A stretch of 64,000 bases of DNA, taken from a virus (Duplodnaviria; Heunggongvirae; Uroviricota; Caudoviricetes). The first letter of the stretch is position 1. Each line of letters begins with the position of its first letter. Of this stretch, positions 10,300 through 20,922 are shown one piece after another. Location: the IMG/VR virus record IMGVR_UViG_2630968701_000002, one strand, 5' to 3'. A model generated the notes under the pieces. It searched no databases. It was given only the letters and a program-made list of their open reading frames with translations, and was not told where the DNA came from. The position numbers and the translations under genes are program-made.

Positions 10300-11385
10300 C
10301 TACAACTCTTGGTTTTGTTTGATATATATTTTGTACTCTTTTTCGAGTGTCTCATGTAAGAAAATACGATGAGCATAGTTTTTAATATCTTCATGAACAC
10401 TTTCAATATTACTCTTATCAGAAATATGGTCCGGATCTGTTCGTTTTACAAAATTCAGAATGATTTCCTGAGCTTCGTAATCAGAAATATTTTCTTCAAC
10501 AGTTAAGAAACGAATTGCATCACAGTTTTTCGAAATTCTTTTCTGCTTTTCTAATTTTGCATTTTCAGAACATCCATAAACCAAGCCATATTTTGTGAAT
10601 TGAGGATAATCTTTTGCAAAATGATAACCATTACATCCATCATAGATATAGGTATTATAGTAGCTGATAGCATTTTCAATGCCATCAACAATGAACTTTT
10701 CTATCAAATCTCTTTTTTGATCTTTTACACAGTCATCTTGCCCATAAATAGGATGCATATCCCAACGAATCTTGCACATCGCTTCTGAGTAAATCTCCAA
10801 AGATCGGTCTTCTTCATTTAATGAAAACACATCTTTTAATATCGGATATTTTTTCAAAAGATCCTTCATTTTCATGAGATCGATCGCTGATATTTCATCA
10901 TTATCCAAAACATGCATTACAAAAGGTTCATCAGAAATGCATTGTAAAACTTCTTCTGGAAATTCTGTCCATTTAGGATATTTAGATGCGTTTTTATCAG
11001 CGTTACATAAAGCTCGATTAAGTAGAACATCTTCTGCTTCTATTTCATTATTCCTGTTACGCATAAGCTCAAAGCACACGTATCCGTTTTCTCTATGGAA
11101 CAGTTTTATAATTTTTCTTCCAAGTTCTGGATCACATTCTTCTTTAGAAAGCACTTTCCACGGATTGATCCAAATAGACTCATGAAGAAAATCCCATTCA
11201 TATTTAGAACAATCTTCCATACTTGCTGCACCAATAGATTCTCTTTCCTTTAAATGTTCAACTTCTTCTCCTCTTTTTAATCTTAGGAATTCTTCTGCAA
11301 TATCCAATAAATGCTGATCACATTCACAAAAACCGTCATTGCGGTAAATACATTCCTTGTCACATGTCACCTGAATCTGATTCAT
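10300..11385 (-). CDS. Hypothetical protein
   Basis: 361-aa ORF with an N-terminal Cys cluster and RBS. Confidence 0.65.
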   Translation of the reverse strand: MNQIQVTCDKECIYRNDGFCECDQHLLDIAEEFLRLKRGEEVEHLKERESIGAASMEDCSKYEWDFLHESIWINPWKVLSKEECDPELGRKIIKLFHRENGYVCFELMRNRNNEIEAEDVLLNRALCNADKNASKYPKWTEFPEEVLQCISDEPFVMHVLDNDEISAIDLMKMKDLLKKYPILKDVFSLNEEDRSLEIYSEAMCKIRWDMHPIYGQDDCVKDQKRDLIEKFIVDGIENAISYYNTYIYDGCNGYHFAKDYPQFTKYGLVYGCSENAKLEKQKRISKNCDAIRFLTVEENISDYEAQEIILNFVKRTDPDHISDKSNIESVHEDIKNYAHRIFLHETLEKEYKIYIKQNQEL

Positions 11386-11403
11386 AATTTTTTCTCCTTT
11401 TTC

Positions 11404-11805
11404 TTAGATCATAGCTCTTAATTCATTCACGACTTCGTTTAAAATCGATACATCTCCATCAATAATGTAACGAGAATTAATATCGATTCCTCGATTGAAA
11501 TTTTCTGGAATATCGATTTCTCCTGCCCATTTTTCATTTTCTTTCGAAAACCAATCTTCATAGGTATAATACTGAACTGTATTTGCGATCATAAATACAA
11601 CTCGATCTTCTCCAAAATCATCAAGAAGCTCTTTTACAGCTTGTTTTAAATTGGTTGTTCTATTCCGATCAAGGATATATTCGATCGCTGTTTTGCATGC
11701 AAGATTCCATTGTTTCGAATCAAGATAAAGATCTATACTCAGTTCTTTCCTTGCATCAGCCAATGTTCCTTTGTAAACAGGAAAATACTTCTTATTGTTA
11801 TTCAT
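11404..11805 (-). CDS. DUF3849-domain protein (typical of Firmicutes conjugative elements)
   Basis: PVYKGTLADAR...NLACKTAIE...FGEDRVVFMIANTVQ...FSKENEKWA. Confidence 0.75.
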   Translation of the reverse strand: MNNNKKYFPVYKGTLADARKELSIDLYLDSKQWNLACKTAIEYILDRNRTTNLKQAVKELLDDFGEDRVVFMIANTVQYYTYEDWFSKENEKWAGEIDIPENFNRGIDINSRYIIDGDVSILNEVVNELRAMI

Positions 11806-11828
11806 AACTTTTCTCCTTTTACAAAGCT

Positions 11829-12164
11829 TTACCGGCAACAACCGACAACATATTTTTTACTTCCTGGAAAGATTGAATTAGAAACAGCAAGAATTTCTGC
11901 ATCATCTTTTGTTAAAAGATCAAACAAAGTGTTTTTTGCTTCTGGAAATGGCATCCCATGATCCATTAACATCTGACCGGCACAAGCTATTTTCTTTCTT
12001 AGAACATAACCTACATGGAAATAAAAATTCTCCACAAAATCTTCAAAAGAAATGTTCGAATTCTGTGTTTCTACATATTTTTCATGCATCTCATTTTTGA
12101 TTTCAATGATCAGATCTTTGAATACTTCTGATTCCTTAACTTCTAAGATATTTTCTTTACTCAT
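11829..12164 (-). CDS. Hypothetical protein
   Basis: 111-aa ORF after a promoter motif and RBS. Confidence 0.6.
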   Translation of the reverse strand: MSKENILEVKESEVFKDLIIEIKNEMHEKYVETQNSNISFEDFVENFYFHVGYVLRKKIACAGQMLMDHGMPFPEAKNTLFDLLTKDDAEILAVSNSIFPGSKKYVVGCCR

Positions 12165-12261
12165 AGTAATTTCTCCTTTTTCTCTATATCGTCATCTATG
12201 TTACATTTTAAATATGAAAGATTTTGCAAATGATAAAAAAAGACCAGAGAAATCTCTGATC

Positions 12262-12420
12262 TTATAATGGCACATAGCAGGCTCTCTGATATAATGGAAC
12301 ATCTTCTCTGCGTTCTTCCTGAGTGATTGGCTTTTTTACACATAACTCTTCATTTGGACAAACGATCTTCTGTTCCCCATTGATTCCTGCAAATCTGCAA
12401 TTTTTACATGATACATTCAT
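12262..12420 (-). CDS. Small Cys-rich hypothetical protein
   Basis: MNVSCKNCRFAG...CP; RBS AGGAGA and promoter motif at 12463. Confidence 0.5.
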   Translation of the reverse strand: MNVSCKNCRFAGINGEQKIVCPNEELCVKKPITQEERREDVPLYQRACYVPL

Positions 12421-12489
12421 GTTAATTCTCCTTTTTTCTCTATTCTTCATTTTTTTCATACCAAATATGAGAGATGAAAAAGAAGATGA

Positions 12490-12945
12490 TTATTTTTTGT
12501 TTGCTTTTAAGTAATTTGCTTCTACTTCTTTCCAATGTTCTACCAGTTCTTTGAATTTATCTTCTACTTCATCTGCATATTCGCATTCAAAAGTGGTATC
12601 TTCATCTTTTCCATAGATCGGGCCTCTTGCAAGAGACACTTCTACCTTGCCATGAAACTTCTGATCGGTTGTATAATAATTTACTGATCCATAATAGTCA
12701 TCATAGAAGAGAGCATTTTTGGCATTTCCATATCTTTCTTTGATCGCTTTTTCCGAATATGGCATTGGCTGAGACATTTCTTTGATCATTCGAAATAAGC
12801 TAAGTCCGATAGTAATTCCAACGATCAGCTTTAACGAGCCTTCTGGATATGTTCCTGTGATCAATAAATACATAAAGTAAATTTCAAAGATCAGCATAAA
12901 GACTTTCATTGTCTTCATAACTGTTACTTGTGCACTTCGACTCAT
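12490..12945 (-). CDS. Membrane protein
   Basis: Two N-terminal hydrophobic segments. Confidence 0.65.
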   Translation of the reverse strand: MSRSAQVTVMKTMKVFMLIFEIYFMYLLITGTYPEGSLKLIVGITIGLSLFRMIKEMSQPMPYSEKAIKERYGNAKNALFYDDYYGSVNYYTTDQKFHGKVEVSLARGPIYGKDEDTTFECEYADEVEDKFKELVEHWKEVEANYLKANKK

Positions 12946-12968
12946 AAATATGTTAGCAGAGGAGAGAA

Positions 12969-13160
12969 TTACTCCCCTGCTTCTCCTTTCTTAAGATAAA
13001 ATGATATTTGTAAGAATGTTGCTACAAAAAAGCTGATAATAGCACCAATCGTAAACGCTTTTAAATTATCATAGGTCGCTTGATTATTGATCACTTGAAA
13101 CAAAATTTTTGAATAATACCCACTAATGAAAATTAAGAACAATATTCTTACTAATTTCAT
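12969..13160 (-). CDS. Small two-TM membrane protein
   Basis: MKLVRILFLIF...; RBS AAGGA. Confidence 0.5.
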   Translation of the reverse strand: MKLVRILFLIFISGYYSKILFQVINNQATYDNLKAFTIGAIISFFVATFLQISFYLKKGEAGE

Positions 13161-13174
13161 GAAACCATCCTTTC

Positions 13175-15754
13175 TTATTTTGACGCAATACGTTTTCTTG
13201 CAAGATCGATCGGAACAACGATCATAGATAATATGATGATCACTAACCACTGCATTCCATTTAATGGAGCAAGTCCTAATAATCCATATAAAAGCTGTGC
13301 AATGATCACTGCACCTGCTAAGATTCCAAAAGCGATCGCAGGGAATAATTTATTTTTTGTGATTCCTTTCAATAAATTAGCTCCTTCAACACGTACACAG
13401 AATCCGTTCATTACAGCCATAAAACATAATAAGACAAAACGTGCGGTTAGCTGTTCTACTTCTCCATGGAACATGGTTGCACATGGAAACATTAAAATAA
13501 TGTAAGCAAGGATGAAAGATGTTGTTGCCGTTCCGATTCTTAATTTTGACTGTTTATCAAATAATCCGGTTCCTTTTACAAATGGTTTTTCTTTCATGTA
13601 CTCTTCTTTTTCTGGTTCAGATCCAAAACTTAAGGAGTTTAAAGAATCCATGATGATATTAATGATCAGAATCAGTGCTGATGTTAAAAAGGCTCCTGTA
13701 CTAAAGAATGGGAATATCAGATTCAGCAGTAACAAGGAAATATTGATCGGTAACTGAAAATCAAGGAACATATTAATGTTATGCATAAATGTTCTTCCTA
13801 ATTTAATGCCACGAATGATCGATGTAAAATTATCATCTGTTAAAATGATATCTCCAGCTGCTTTTGCAACATCTGTTCCGGAATTCATAGCAAATCCAAC
13901 ATCTGCTCTTGCTAATGCAGGAGAATCATTGGTTCCGTCTCCAGTCATTGCAACAGACATTCCTGTTTCCTGTGCTAAAGTAACTAATCGAAGCTTTGTG
14001 CTTGGAGCACATCGTGCGATCACTTTTAGTCTTGGGAGAATATCTTTGATCTTATCATCTTTCATTTCAGAAAATTCCTGATCTGTTAATGCAATATCTC
14101 CATCTTCATAAATACCAGCTTCTCTTGCGATCGCAATAGCTGTTTCTAATGCATCTCCTGTCATTTCAATGACCTGAATACCAGCTTCTTTTGCTGTCTG
14201 AACAGCTTCTTTTACACCTTCTCTTAAAGGATCTCTGACTCCAACAAAGCCTTCAAACACCATATCATCTGGTAAAATATCTTTTTCAAGCTGACCATTT
14301 TTTCTTGCAAAAGCAACACAGCGAATTGCTTTATGATTGGCTTCTGATAACTGCTGTTGAATTTCTGATCTTCTGATCACATCCAAATCCATGATATCTC
14401 CGCCAACTGGATCGATATATTTGGTACAGTGTTCTAAGATTCTTTCTGGAGCCCCTTTATAATAAGAAAAAACAACATCATTTTCTTTGACTGAGACACC
14501 AGAAAATTTTAATTTACTGCTAAATGGCTGTCTGGCAACAATTTCTTTCTTCATTGCTTCATCGTAAACTTTCATCTTATCTTTTAATAAAAGAATAGAT
14601 AACATAGCTCGATCAATAGAATTTCCACCAGTGATATTCCCGTCTTTATCGAAAACAGCCTCATTGTTTAAAACAAGATTTTCCTGAAAGGCATCTCCAG
14701 AAATGATCTCTGGAGTCATAATTCCAGTTGTTAATGTTCCAGTTTTATCAGTACAAACAAGATTTAAATATGCCATTTCTGGGATCTTATTTGGATTGAC
14801 TGCAAGAATATTTGCTTTTTCCATATTCACAACATTCTGCTGAGTTACTAATTTGACGATCATTGGTAATCCTTCTGGAACTGCAGCAACGATGATCGTT
14901 AAAGCAACACTTGCTTTTTCAACAATATCTTTAAAGATCATCATCCATTCCTGGTTCTGATATCCACCACCAATGACTTCAATTACAACCATTAATGCAA
15001 ATGCTACAAATGCAGCAATGGATCCCCAGCGAGTAATGAAATCACTTAATTTATTTAATGCGATCGTTAGTGCTGTTTCTGGAGCTTCTAATGTTTGAGA
15101 ATCAACCAGCGTTTTTCCATTTACTGTGTCAATTCCCACTGTCGTGACGATCATTTTTCCACTGCCTTCCATCACAGTTGTTCCTGCAAATAAGCAGTTT
15201 TCATTGTTATAAGAATCTGATGTGATCTTTTCTGGAATATAACCTTTGATCGGCTTTTTATGGATCTCAATGGTTTCTCCATTGATCGCAGCATTACTAA
15301 CTGATACTTCGCCATCTACGATATATCCATCTGCGTAAATATCCTGTCCTAATTCGATACAGACAAGATCACCAACCACGATATCATCTTTATTGATCGT
15401 CTGAACCTTTCCGTCACGAATAACATTGCAATATTTTAAAGATGATTTTTCCTTTAATTTTCGGTTCGCTTCCTGAACGCCTTTTCCTGTTTTTACTCCA
15501 ATAGCAGTAATGATTCCTAATACAACTGCGATCATAACTGGTTCTGAAAATGTGCCAAATCCAGTGATCGCTAAAAATAACTGGATCAGAGCCATGACCA
15601 TTAACAAGATAACAATCTTATCAGAAAACAAAGCGTCCTTTACAAAATCTAAAGTTGTCTGTAATTCTGGCTCTGGCAATTTATTGGTTCCAAATTTTTC
15701 TCTTTGCGACTGCACTTCTGATGAGCACAGTCCCTGTTCTTTTTCCTGTTTCAT
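13175..15754 (-). CDS. P-type ATPase, type II (probably Ca2+-translocating)
   Basis: VPEGLP, phosphorylation motif DKTGTLT, KGAPE, DPLR, TGD, GDGTNDSPAL, multiple TM segments. Confidence 0.93.
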   Translation of the reverse strand: MKQEKEQGLCSSEVQSQREKFGTNKLPEPELQTTLDFVKDALFSDKIVILLMVMALIQLFLAITGFGTFSEPVMIAVVLGIITAIGVKTGKGVQEANRKLKEKSSLKYCNVIRDGKVQTINKDDIVVGDLVCIELGQDIYADGYIVDGEVSVSNAAINGETIEIHKKPIKGYIPEKITSDSYNNENCLFAGTTVMEGSGKMIVTTVGIDTVNGKTLVDSQTLEAPETALTIALNKLSDFITRWGSIAAFVAFALMVVIEVIGGGYQNQEWMMIFKDIVEKASVALTIIVAAVPEGLPMIVKLVTQQNVVNMEKANILAVNPNKIPEMAYLNLVCTDKTGTLTTGIMTPEIISGDAFQENLVLNNEAVFDKDGNITGGNSIDRAMLSILLLKDKMKVYDEAMKKEIVARQPFSSKLKFSGVSVKENDVVFSYYKGAPERILEHCTKYIDPVGGDIMDLDVIRRSEIQQQLSEANHKAIRCVAFARKNGQLEKDILPDDMVFEGFVGVRDPLREGVKEAVQTAKEAGIQVIEMTGDALETAIAIAREAGIYEDGDIALTDQEFSEMKDDKIKDILPRLKVIARCAPSTKLRLVTLAQETGMSVAMTGDGTNDSPALARADVGFAMNSGTDVAKAAGDIILTDDNFTSIIRGIKLGRTFMHNINMFLDFQLPINISLLLLNLIFPFFSTGAFLTSALILIINIIMDSLNSLSFGSEPEKEEYMKEKPFVKGTGLFDKQSKLRIGTATTSFILAYIILMFPCATMFHGEVEQLTARFVLLCFMAVMNGFCVRVEGANLLKGITKNKLFPAIAFGILAGAVIIAQLLYGLLGLAPLNGMQWLVIIILSMIVVPIDLARKRIASK

Positions 15755-15766
15755 AAAAATTCCTTC

Positions 15767-16528
15767 CTAATAATAAGTACAATTTGATGCAATCTCATAA
15801 TCTACATTGACCTTATGTATCGCATCATCCAATGACAATCCTCGCAGCATCCATTTCAAAACATTATTGTAGCTTGATGGATCATGAATTCCTTTTTCAA
15901 TGGTCTCTTTCATTTCAGATAGGATCATATCTTCCAGATCTTCTTCTTTTAATCGAGAAAACCGATCGATTCCACCAACCTTCAACTGCATAAAATCTTT
16001 AAATTTATGATCTTTTTTTTGATAAAATCTTCGAATGGCAGCAGAACATTCCGGTTTGATTCCACGATCTTTTGCATCATATGTGTCAACTTCCTGGATC
16101 TTTTCTTCTTTCTTTCCAAGAACAGCATTGATCGCCAGATCATCTGCTTTTTCATTCCATCGATCTCCAGTATGTGCTTCCACATGATGAAATTGAATAT
16201 CGATCATTCCTTTGAAAAAATTCATCTGATCACGATATGCCATTGTTTCTTTTTTCTTTGCTCTCCATACTCCAGTCGCCCAATATGCAATTCCTGTGTA
16301 ATCATAAAAGATATCAATCGAAGAGCATCCATATTCCAAAGCTTTATTTACTGCAAAGAGAGAAGCTTCAATTTCTCCAGAAACATTGTTCATAGAAGCA
16401 TTTTTACATCGTCCACTAAAATATTCTGGTTCTTTTGCATCTTCATAAAAGAACACAACACCATATCCGGCAGTATTGTTCGAGTAACTTCCATCTACAT
16501 ATGCGACAGCATGATTTTTCTTTTCCAT
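15767..16528 (-). CDS. rnhA: Ribonuclease HI with C-terminal extension
   Basis: YVDGSY, NVSGEIEA, YDYTGI..W, HVEAHTG...NEKADDLA (D-E-D-D set). The start is placed at MEKKN by the RBS. Confidence 0.88.
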   Translation of the reverse strand: MEKKNHAVAYVDGSYSNNTAGYGVVFFYEDAKEPEYFSGRCKNASMNNVSGEIEASLFAVNKALEYGCSSIDIFYDYTGIAYWATGVWRAKKKETMAYRDQMNFFKGMIDIQFHHVEAHTGDRWNEKADDLAINAVLGKKEEKIQEVDTYDAKDRGIKPECSAAIRRFYQKKDHKFKDFMQLKVGGIDRFSRLKEEDLEDMILSEMKETIEKGIHDPSSYNNVLKWMLRGLSLDDAIHKVNVDYEIASNCTYY

Positions 16529-16729
16529 GTCTTTTTCTCCTTTCGCTTTATTTTTTCTACATATCAAATATGAGAGATTTTGGAGAAAAAGTTTTTCATA
16601 TATAAAAAAACGAGCAGATACTGATGTAAATAATGTCAAATTAACTATTTAGTAGTAAAGTTAAAAAGACAGACACATTCCAATTAACGGAAAAGCGTCT
16701 GTCTTTTTTTTAATTTTACTTATATTTTT

Positions 16730-17617
16730 TCAATATTTTGACTGAATAATATAATGATATAACTTTTCATAATATAACTCTTCATCTTTTTTTTCAATAA
16801 CAGTCTGCTTATTAAATCGACTTAAATTGGGATTTCTTCCATATATAAAACGTCCGTTATTTCGAAAAATTCGCTCATTAATAAAGTAAGTAAAGTCTTT
16901 ATTTATATCCACATATAGTTGAATCTCTTCATCAGGCAATCCCTTTTCATCAACCAACCCAATACAATGATTCTTTGTAATTGGTAAAAACCATTTGCAA
17001 TTATTGATATCATTAGTGTCAAATAATTTTAGACATAAAACTGGACGCTCTCCGTTTAATATGAAATCATATTCAGAACGATAAATAATAATATTTTTAT
17101 TTGCTAAAATATTATTAAGCAAAACATTCAATATCCAATTTGACTCTGGTTCAACATCTCCCCACACGAAAGAAGCCAACTTCATATATCTATCAGCTTC
17201 ATTTTGTGTTACAGGTTTTCCAATATTCATAGATGTATCGTATATCCATCTTGATGTAAATTTCATAACTTCTGGCACACGTATTAACTGTAAAACTAAT
17301 AAAACGCCCAATCTGCATCTATCATTTTGATTAATAGTTTTGTTTTGCTCAATTTTATCAATAATTTTATTCCATACAGATTCTAAACGTGAAAAACCAT
17401 TTTCAATTAAATTGATTTCTTTATGTGAAATAATTCCTGATTCATTCTTAATCTCGTACAGATTTTTTTTTCGACATATATCATAAATATCAACCAATCG
17501 CTCAATATCTTTGTTTTTATCATATTGATAAATCAATGGTTTTCTCATTGGAACATGAAATGTTGTAAAACGTTTCAATAACATACGAGGAATATAATGT
17601 TGTTTCTTTGTAGGCAT
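16730..17617 (-). CDS. DUF4238-domain protein
   Basis: N-terminal KKQHYIPRMLLKRF signature; AT-rich relative to neighbours. Confidence 0.75.
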   Translation of the reverse strand: MPTKKQHYIPRMLLKRFTTFHVPMRKPLIYQYDKNKDIERLVDIYDICRKKNLYEIKNESGIISHKEINLIENGFSRLESVWNKIIDKIEQNKTINQNDRCRLGVLLVLQLIRVPEVMKFTSRWIYDTSMNIGKPVTQNEADRYMKLASFVWGDVEPESNWILNVLLNNILANKNIIIYRSEYDFILNGERPVLCLKLFDTNDINNCKWFLPITKNHCIGLVDEKGLPDEEIQLYVDINKDFTYFINERIFRNNGRFIYGRNPNLSRFNKQTVIEKKDEELYYEKLYHYIIQSKY

Positions 17618-17682
17618 TTTTTAACCAACCTTTCAATAATTTCATAAATCGGGCTGTCCATAGCTAGACAGCCCATACTATT

Positions 17683-19998
17683 TTATTTCAACAGTTCATA
17701 CTGAAACATCTTGTCAGTGATATGACTCTTATAATACGCTTTCAGATTAGTGCGTAATGTTTGTAAATATCCATTGAGTGTAGGATAATCATATACTGTT
17801 TTCTTGGATCTTCCAGTTCCTGTTTTGTAGGATGTATTCAGTTCTTTTGTAATCTGATATACACCGTATGTAAGTCTGCTGTCATAATTTGCAGTTCTCT
17901 TTGCTTCTACAAGAATATCTTCCCAGAGTTTTATAAGAGCCTTCTCATCTGCATCTAAGGTCATCTTTGTAAGATCATCAGATGCAACGGTATCTCCATT
18001 TGTGGTATCGAAACAGAGTTCGTTGCGATAATATCTACCATCAGAACCGTCAAATGATAAGCACTTATTCTGATTTGAAAGACATGTGTAAATCAGACAT
18101 GATTTTAAGAAATCATTGTCATGTGTATAGGCGTCGCCACCATCGGAATTTGTATAATAAATATCCTTTTCGTACCATTCATCTTGCGGTAACTTTTTAG
18201 CAACAAATAAAGGTAGTTTATTTAAATAATTGTCACTTCTTAAATAAAATCCTCTTGTTCCAAAATAAGTTTCTCTAATTAAAATTGAGTTCATCGCATC
18301 TGCACTATACCCAATTACTCTTAAATACCCTATGATATTGTCATTATATATAGACTTACCATCTTTTTTATGTGTAGTATCTTCTTCTCCATCACGACCA
18401 AGATAAACCGCATTTTTAATATCTGAAGGAAATTTACGTTTATCAAAATAATTAAGAAATGTTGTATTAACCTTTTTAACAATTAAATTACCTTGTGAGA
18501 CACATTTACTATCTTCTATATCTATGATTTCTAACACATAGTTATCCTCAGGAATATCAACTTTTGTGTTGTTCCAATAAACACAAGAAATAATGCTTGG
18601 CGTTGCATGAAAATATTTTCGGTTAAAAACATAACCCTTTTCAAATTTGACATTATCTGTAAGACCAATAGTTTTAAAATATTTACAAGGGCTAAATAAA
18701 ATATAGCTATCAGTATTTTGGCGTAAATAATATTTAAAACCTGACCATATAAATAAATTTGTTAATTCTCTAAAAGAACCTTTACTCTCTCTCAAGGCAT
18801 TCATATTTGCAACATATTCTTGTGTTACAAAATTATTTTTTCTTCCTGTTCCTGGTCTGTCACCATTATCATCCACATAAGTAATGGCAGAACTATCTTG
18901 ATATGGTGGATTTTCAAACAGAATAATCGTACACCCATCATCATCCACATACTGTTTCATCAATGGATTTTCGATAAAGTCTTTACTCATAGCATCTGCA
19001 TTAGAAACTTTACCATTCTCGTAAATGACATTTGCTTCTGTTGGTGGAATGATATTTCGTACCTTATCACCAATTCTTTCTGATAAGACTTTATACTCAT
19101 AATACTCATATGTAGATACAACACAATGAGAAATAAGCTCATCCCCATTTTTATCAAATTTACCGATAAGAGCAGCTTCGAGATTCCCTGTGCCTGCTGC
19201 CCTATCTATGATAACATAATCATTGCCATCCGGCACACGTTCCACGGCTTTCATTACAAGTTCAGATGCTTTCTCACAATAAGCCTTTGGCGTATAAAAT
19301 GCACCTAAATCTTTTTTATTTAAACGGTCATTCAGACAGTCCATGAGATACTTGAATTTCTCATTGGTAGGTTCTGTGTATGGATTGATAAGGTCTTTAA
19401 AATGTCTTGGATCACGGATTTCTCCATTTGTGTTAATTTTACCAGTACCATCTCCAAGAAAATCGCCTTTTGTAGCAGTAGGCACTTCTCTATAATATCT
19501 TTCAGCCCATCCGACAATACAGTTTTCATCAATGTCTATCGGAACATACCAATCTGTCTCATCTGAAACACGATTAATAAGAAGTTTTTGCACCTCTGCC
19601 GAATCAACCATATCCATATAATCATACTCTGCGACAGGCGTTACATTTGAATTGAATGCATTGTTGCCTACAGATGCCGCTCCGATGTAAACTTTCTGAA
19701 TATCATCAATATAATCCATGGAATTATAGACATAAACCTTTGTTGCGTTTAAATCGATGAGTAAAATCCTTGCAGGAACCGATTCACCTTTAATGCGCAT
19801 CTTTGACAGATACTTAATCGCCTGAAATAGCACTTTTCCTGTATTATTGATGTTCAGCTTAAATTCTAAAATATTTCCGTGATACACACCGTCTGTATTG
19901 TCCACAAGTACAGATGCATCATCATTATATGGCACACGATAATTATCAAAAAAATCCATTTGACCAACGCGTTCTACAGTATATTGTTTCTTAACCAT
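17683..19998 (-). CDS. Single-chain restriction-modification enzyme (type IIG-like): PD-(D/E)xK nuclease + N6-adenine MTase + TRD
   Basis: TDG...ILEFK nuclease motif, GAFYTP, DRAAGTGNLE (SAM binding), ENPPY. Confidence 0.8.
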   Translation of the reverse strand: MVKKQYTVERVGQMDFFDNYRVPYNDDASVLVDNTDGVYHGNILEFKLNINNTGKVLFQAIKYLSKMRIKGESVPARILLIDLNATKVYVYNSMDYIDDIQKVYIGAASVGNNAFNSNVTPVAEYDYMDMVDSAEVQKLLINRVSDETDWYVPIDIDENCIVGWAERYYREVPTATKGDFLGDGTGKINTNGEIRDPRHFKDLINPYTEPTNEKFKYLMDCLNDRLNKKDLGAFYTPKAYCEKASELVMKAVERVPDGNDYVIIDRAAGTGNLEAALIGKFDKNGDELISHCVVSTYEYYEYKVLSERIGDKVRNIIPPTEANVIYENGKVSNADAMSKDFIENPLMKQYVDDDGCTIILFENPPYQDSSAITYVDDNGDRPGTGRKNNFVTQEYVANMNALRESKGSFRELTNLFIWSGFKYYLRQNTDSYILFSPCKYFKTIGLTDNVKFEKGYVFNRKYFHATPSIISCVYWNNTKVDIPEDNYVLEIIDIEDSKCVSQGNLIVKKVNTTFLNYFDKRKFPSDIKNAVYLGRDGEEDTTHKKDGKSIYNDNIIGYLRVIGYSADAMNSILIRETYFGTRGFYLRSDNYLNKLPLFVAKKLPQDEWYEKDIYYTNSDGGDAYTHDNDFLKSCLIYTCLSNQNKCLSFDGSDGRYYRNELCFDTTNGDTVASDDLTKMTLDADEKALIKLWEDILVEAKRTANYDSRLTYGVYQITKELNTSYKTGTGRSKKTVYDYPTLNGYLQTLRTNLKAYYKSHITDKMFQYELLK

Positions 19999-20116
19999 TT
20001 TCCTTTTCTCCTTGTATATTTGTTCTCATTTCAAATATGCAAGATTTGAGAAAAAAAGTGGTTCCTATAAAAAACGAGCAGATTACAGCACATTTACTTA
20101 TCTTTCTATATTTTTC

Positions 20117-20308
20117 TTATAGTGTTGTTTCTCCATTTGGCAAAATGAATTCAAAATATCCATCGGATGGATTTTGAGACCCTGATTTTATATTTTCAAG
20201 ATTCATTTCTTCAAAAAGTTGTTTGGCTCTTTCTTTATCTTCTGGCGTCCAATTTTTGACTTCATTTATACATTGCTGCAAAAATTCCAATGATTCTTGC
20301 TGATTCAT
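20117..20308 (-). CDS. Small hypothetical protein
   Basis: RBS AGGAG before MNQQES. Confidence 0.5.
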   Translation of the reverse strand: MNQQESLEFLQQCINEVKNWTPEDKERAKQLFEEMNLENIKSGSQNPSDGYFEFILPNGETTL

Positions 20309-20312
20309 ATGA

Positions 20313-20792
20313 TCACTCCTTTTTTCGATTCTTGTCATTTTGGTAAAACAATGTTCGAATCAGACTTCGTTTTAGAAGCTCTTTTTCTTCTTTTGGAATA
20401 TCTATGTATTCTGGGCGTTTTACCACTTCCTTGTGTTTGTATTCCGCATCTGCGTTAACAAAAATAATTCCAACATGTTTTGGAACCTGTTCTTTCCATT
20501 TTTCTAATGACTGCTGCATATATAAGTCTCTTGATAAGACTAAGTAATTGTAATTTCCATACCATGATTTTGCAGCTTTACTGTGAAAATCATTCATACT
20601 AACTTTGATCTCATAACATCGAAAAATATCTTTTCTTGCTTCGTAGCTCATGAAATCTACAAGTTCTTTTTTCTTTTTTGGAAATTGGATCGTTACTTCT
20701 GTTGTGCCATATTCTTTTGCAAGAGATGGATTAGTACCAAAAAGATCTTGATATAGTACACTTTCAATGATGATAGTTTCTGATCGTTTCAT
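20313..20792 (-). CDS. PD-(D/E)xK nuclease, MmcB-like
   Basis: EV...VDFM...CYEIKVSMNDF...GNYNYLV. Confidence 0.65.
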   Translation of the reverse strand: MKRSETIIIESVLYQDLFGTNPSLAKEYGTTEVTIQFPKKKKELVDFMSYEARKDIFRCYEIKVSMNDFHSKAAKSWYGNYNYLVLSRDLYMQQSLEKWKEQVPKHVGIIFVNADAEYKHKEVVKRPEYIDIPKEEKELLKRSLIRTLFYQNDKNRKKE

Positions 20793-20922
20793 TATTTATT
20801 TCCTCCACCAATTCTTATAGTTTTGTTTTTTTTACTTTCTAATACAAATATGAGGGATTTGATTTTTCCGCTTTTTCACATATAAAAAACAGACAAGATC
20901 AATTCCTGTCTGTTTTCCCAAA

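Noticed and set aside
12969-13160. Small two-TM ORF as the missing SecG
   Set aside because: No LxQ...G-rich loop typical of SecG, and it is 11 kb from the sec cluster; no secG was found in the window.
15767-16639. Longest-ORF starts in the track for rnhA and several other genes (e.g. 30460, 42227, 57308, 58368)
   Set aside because: The extensions run through the promoter motif or the upstream gene; RBS-supported downstream starts were used instead.
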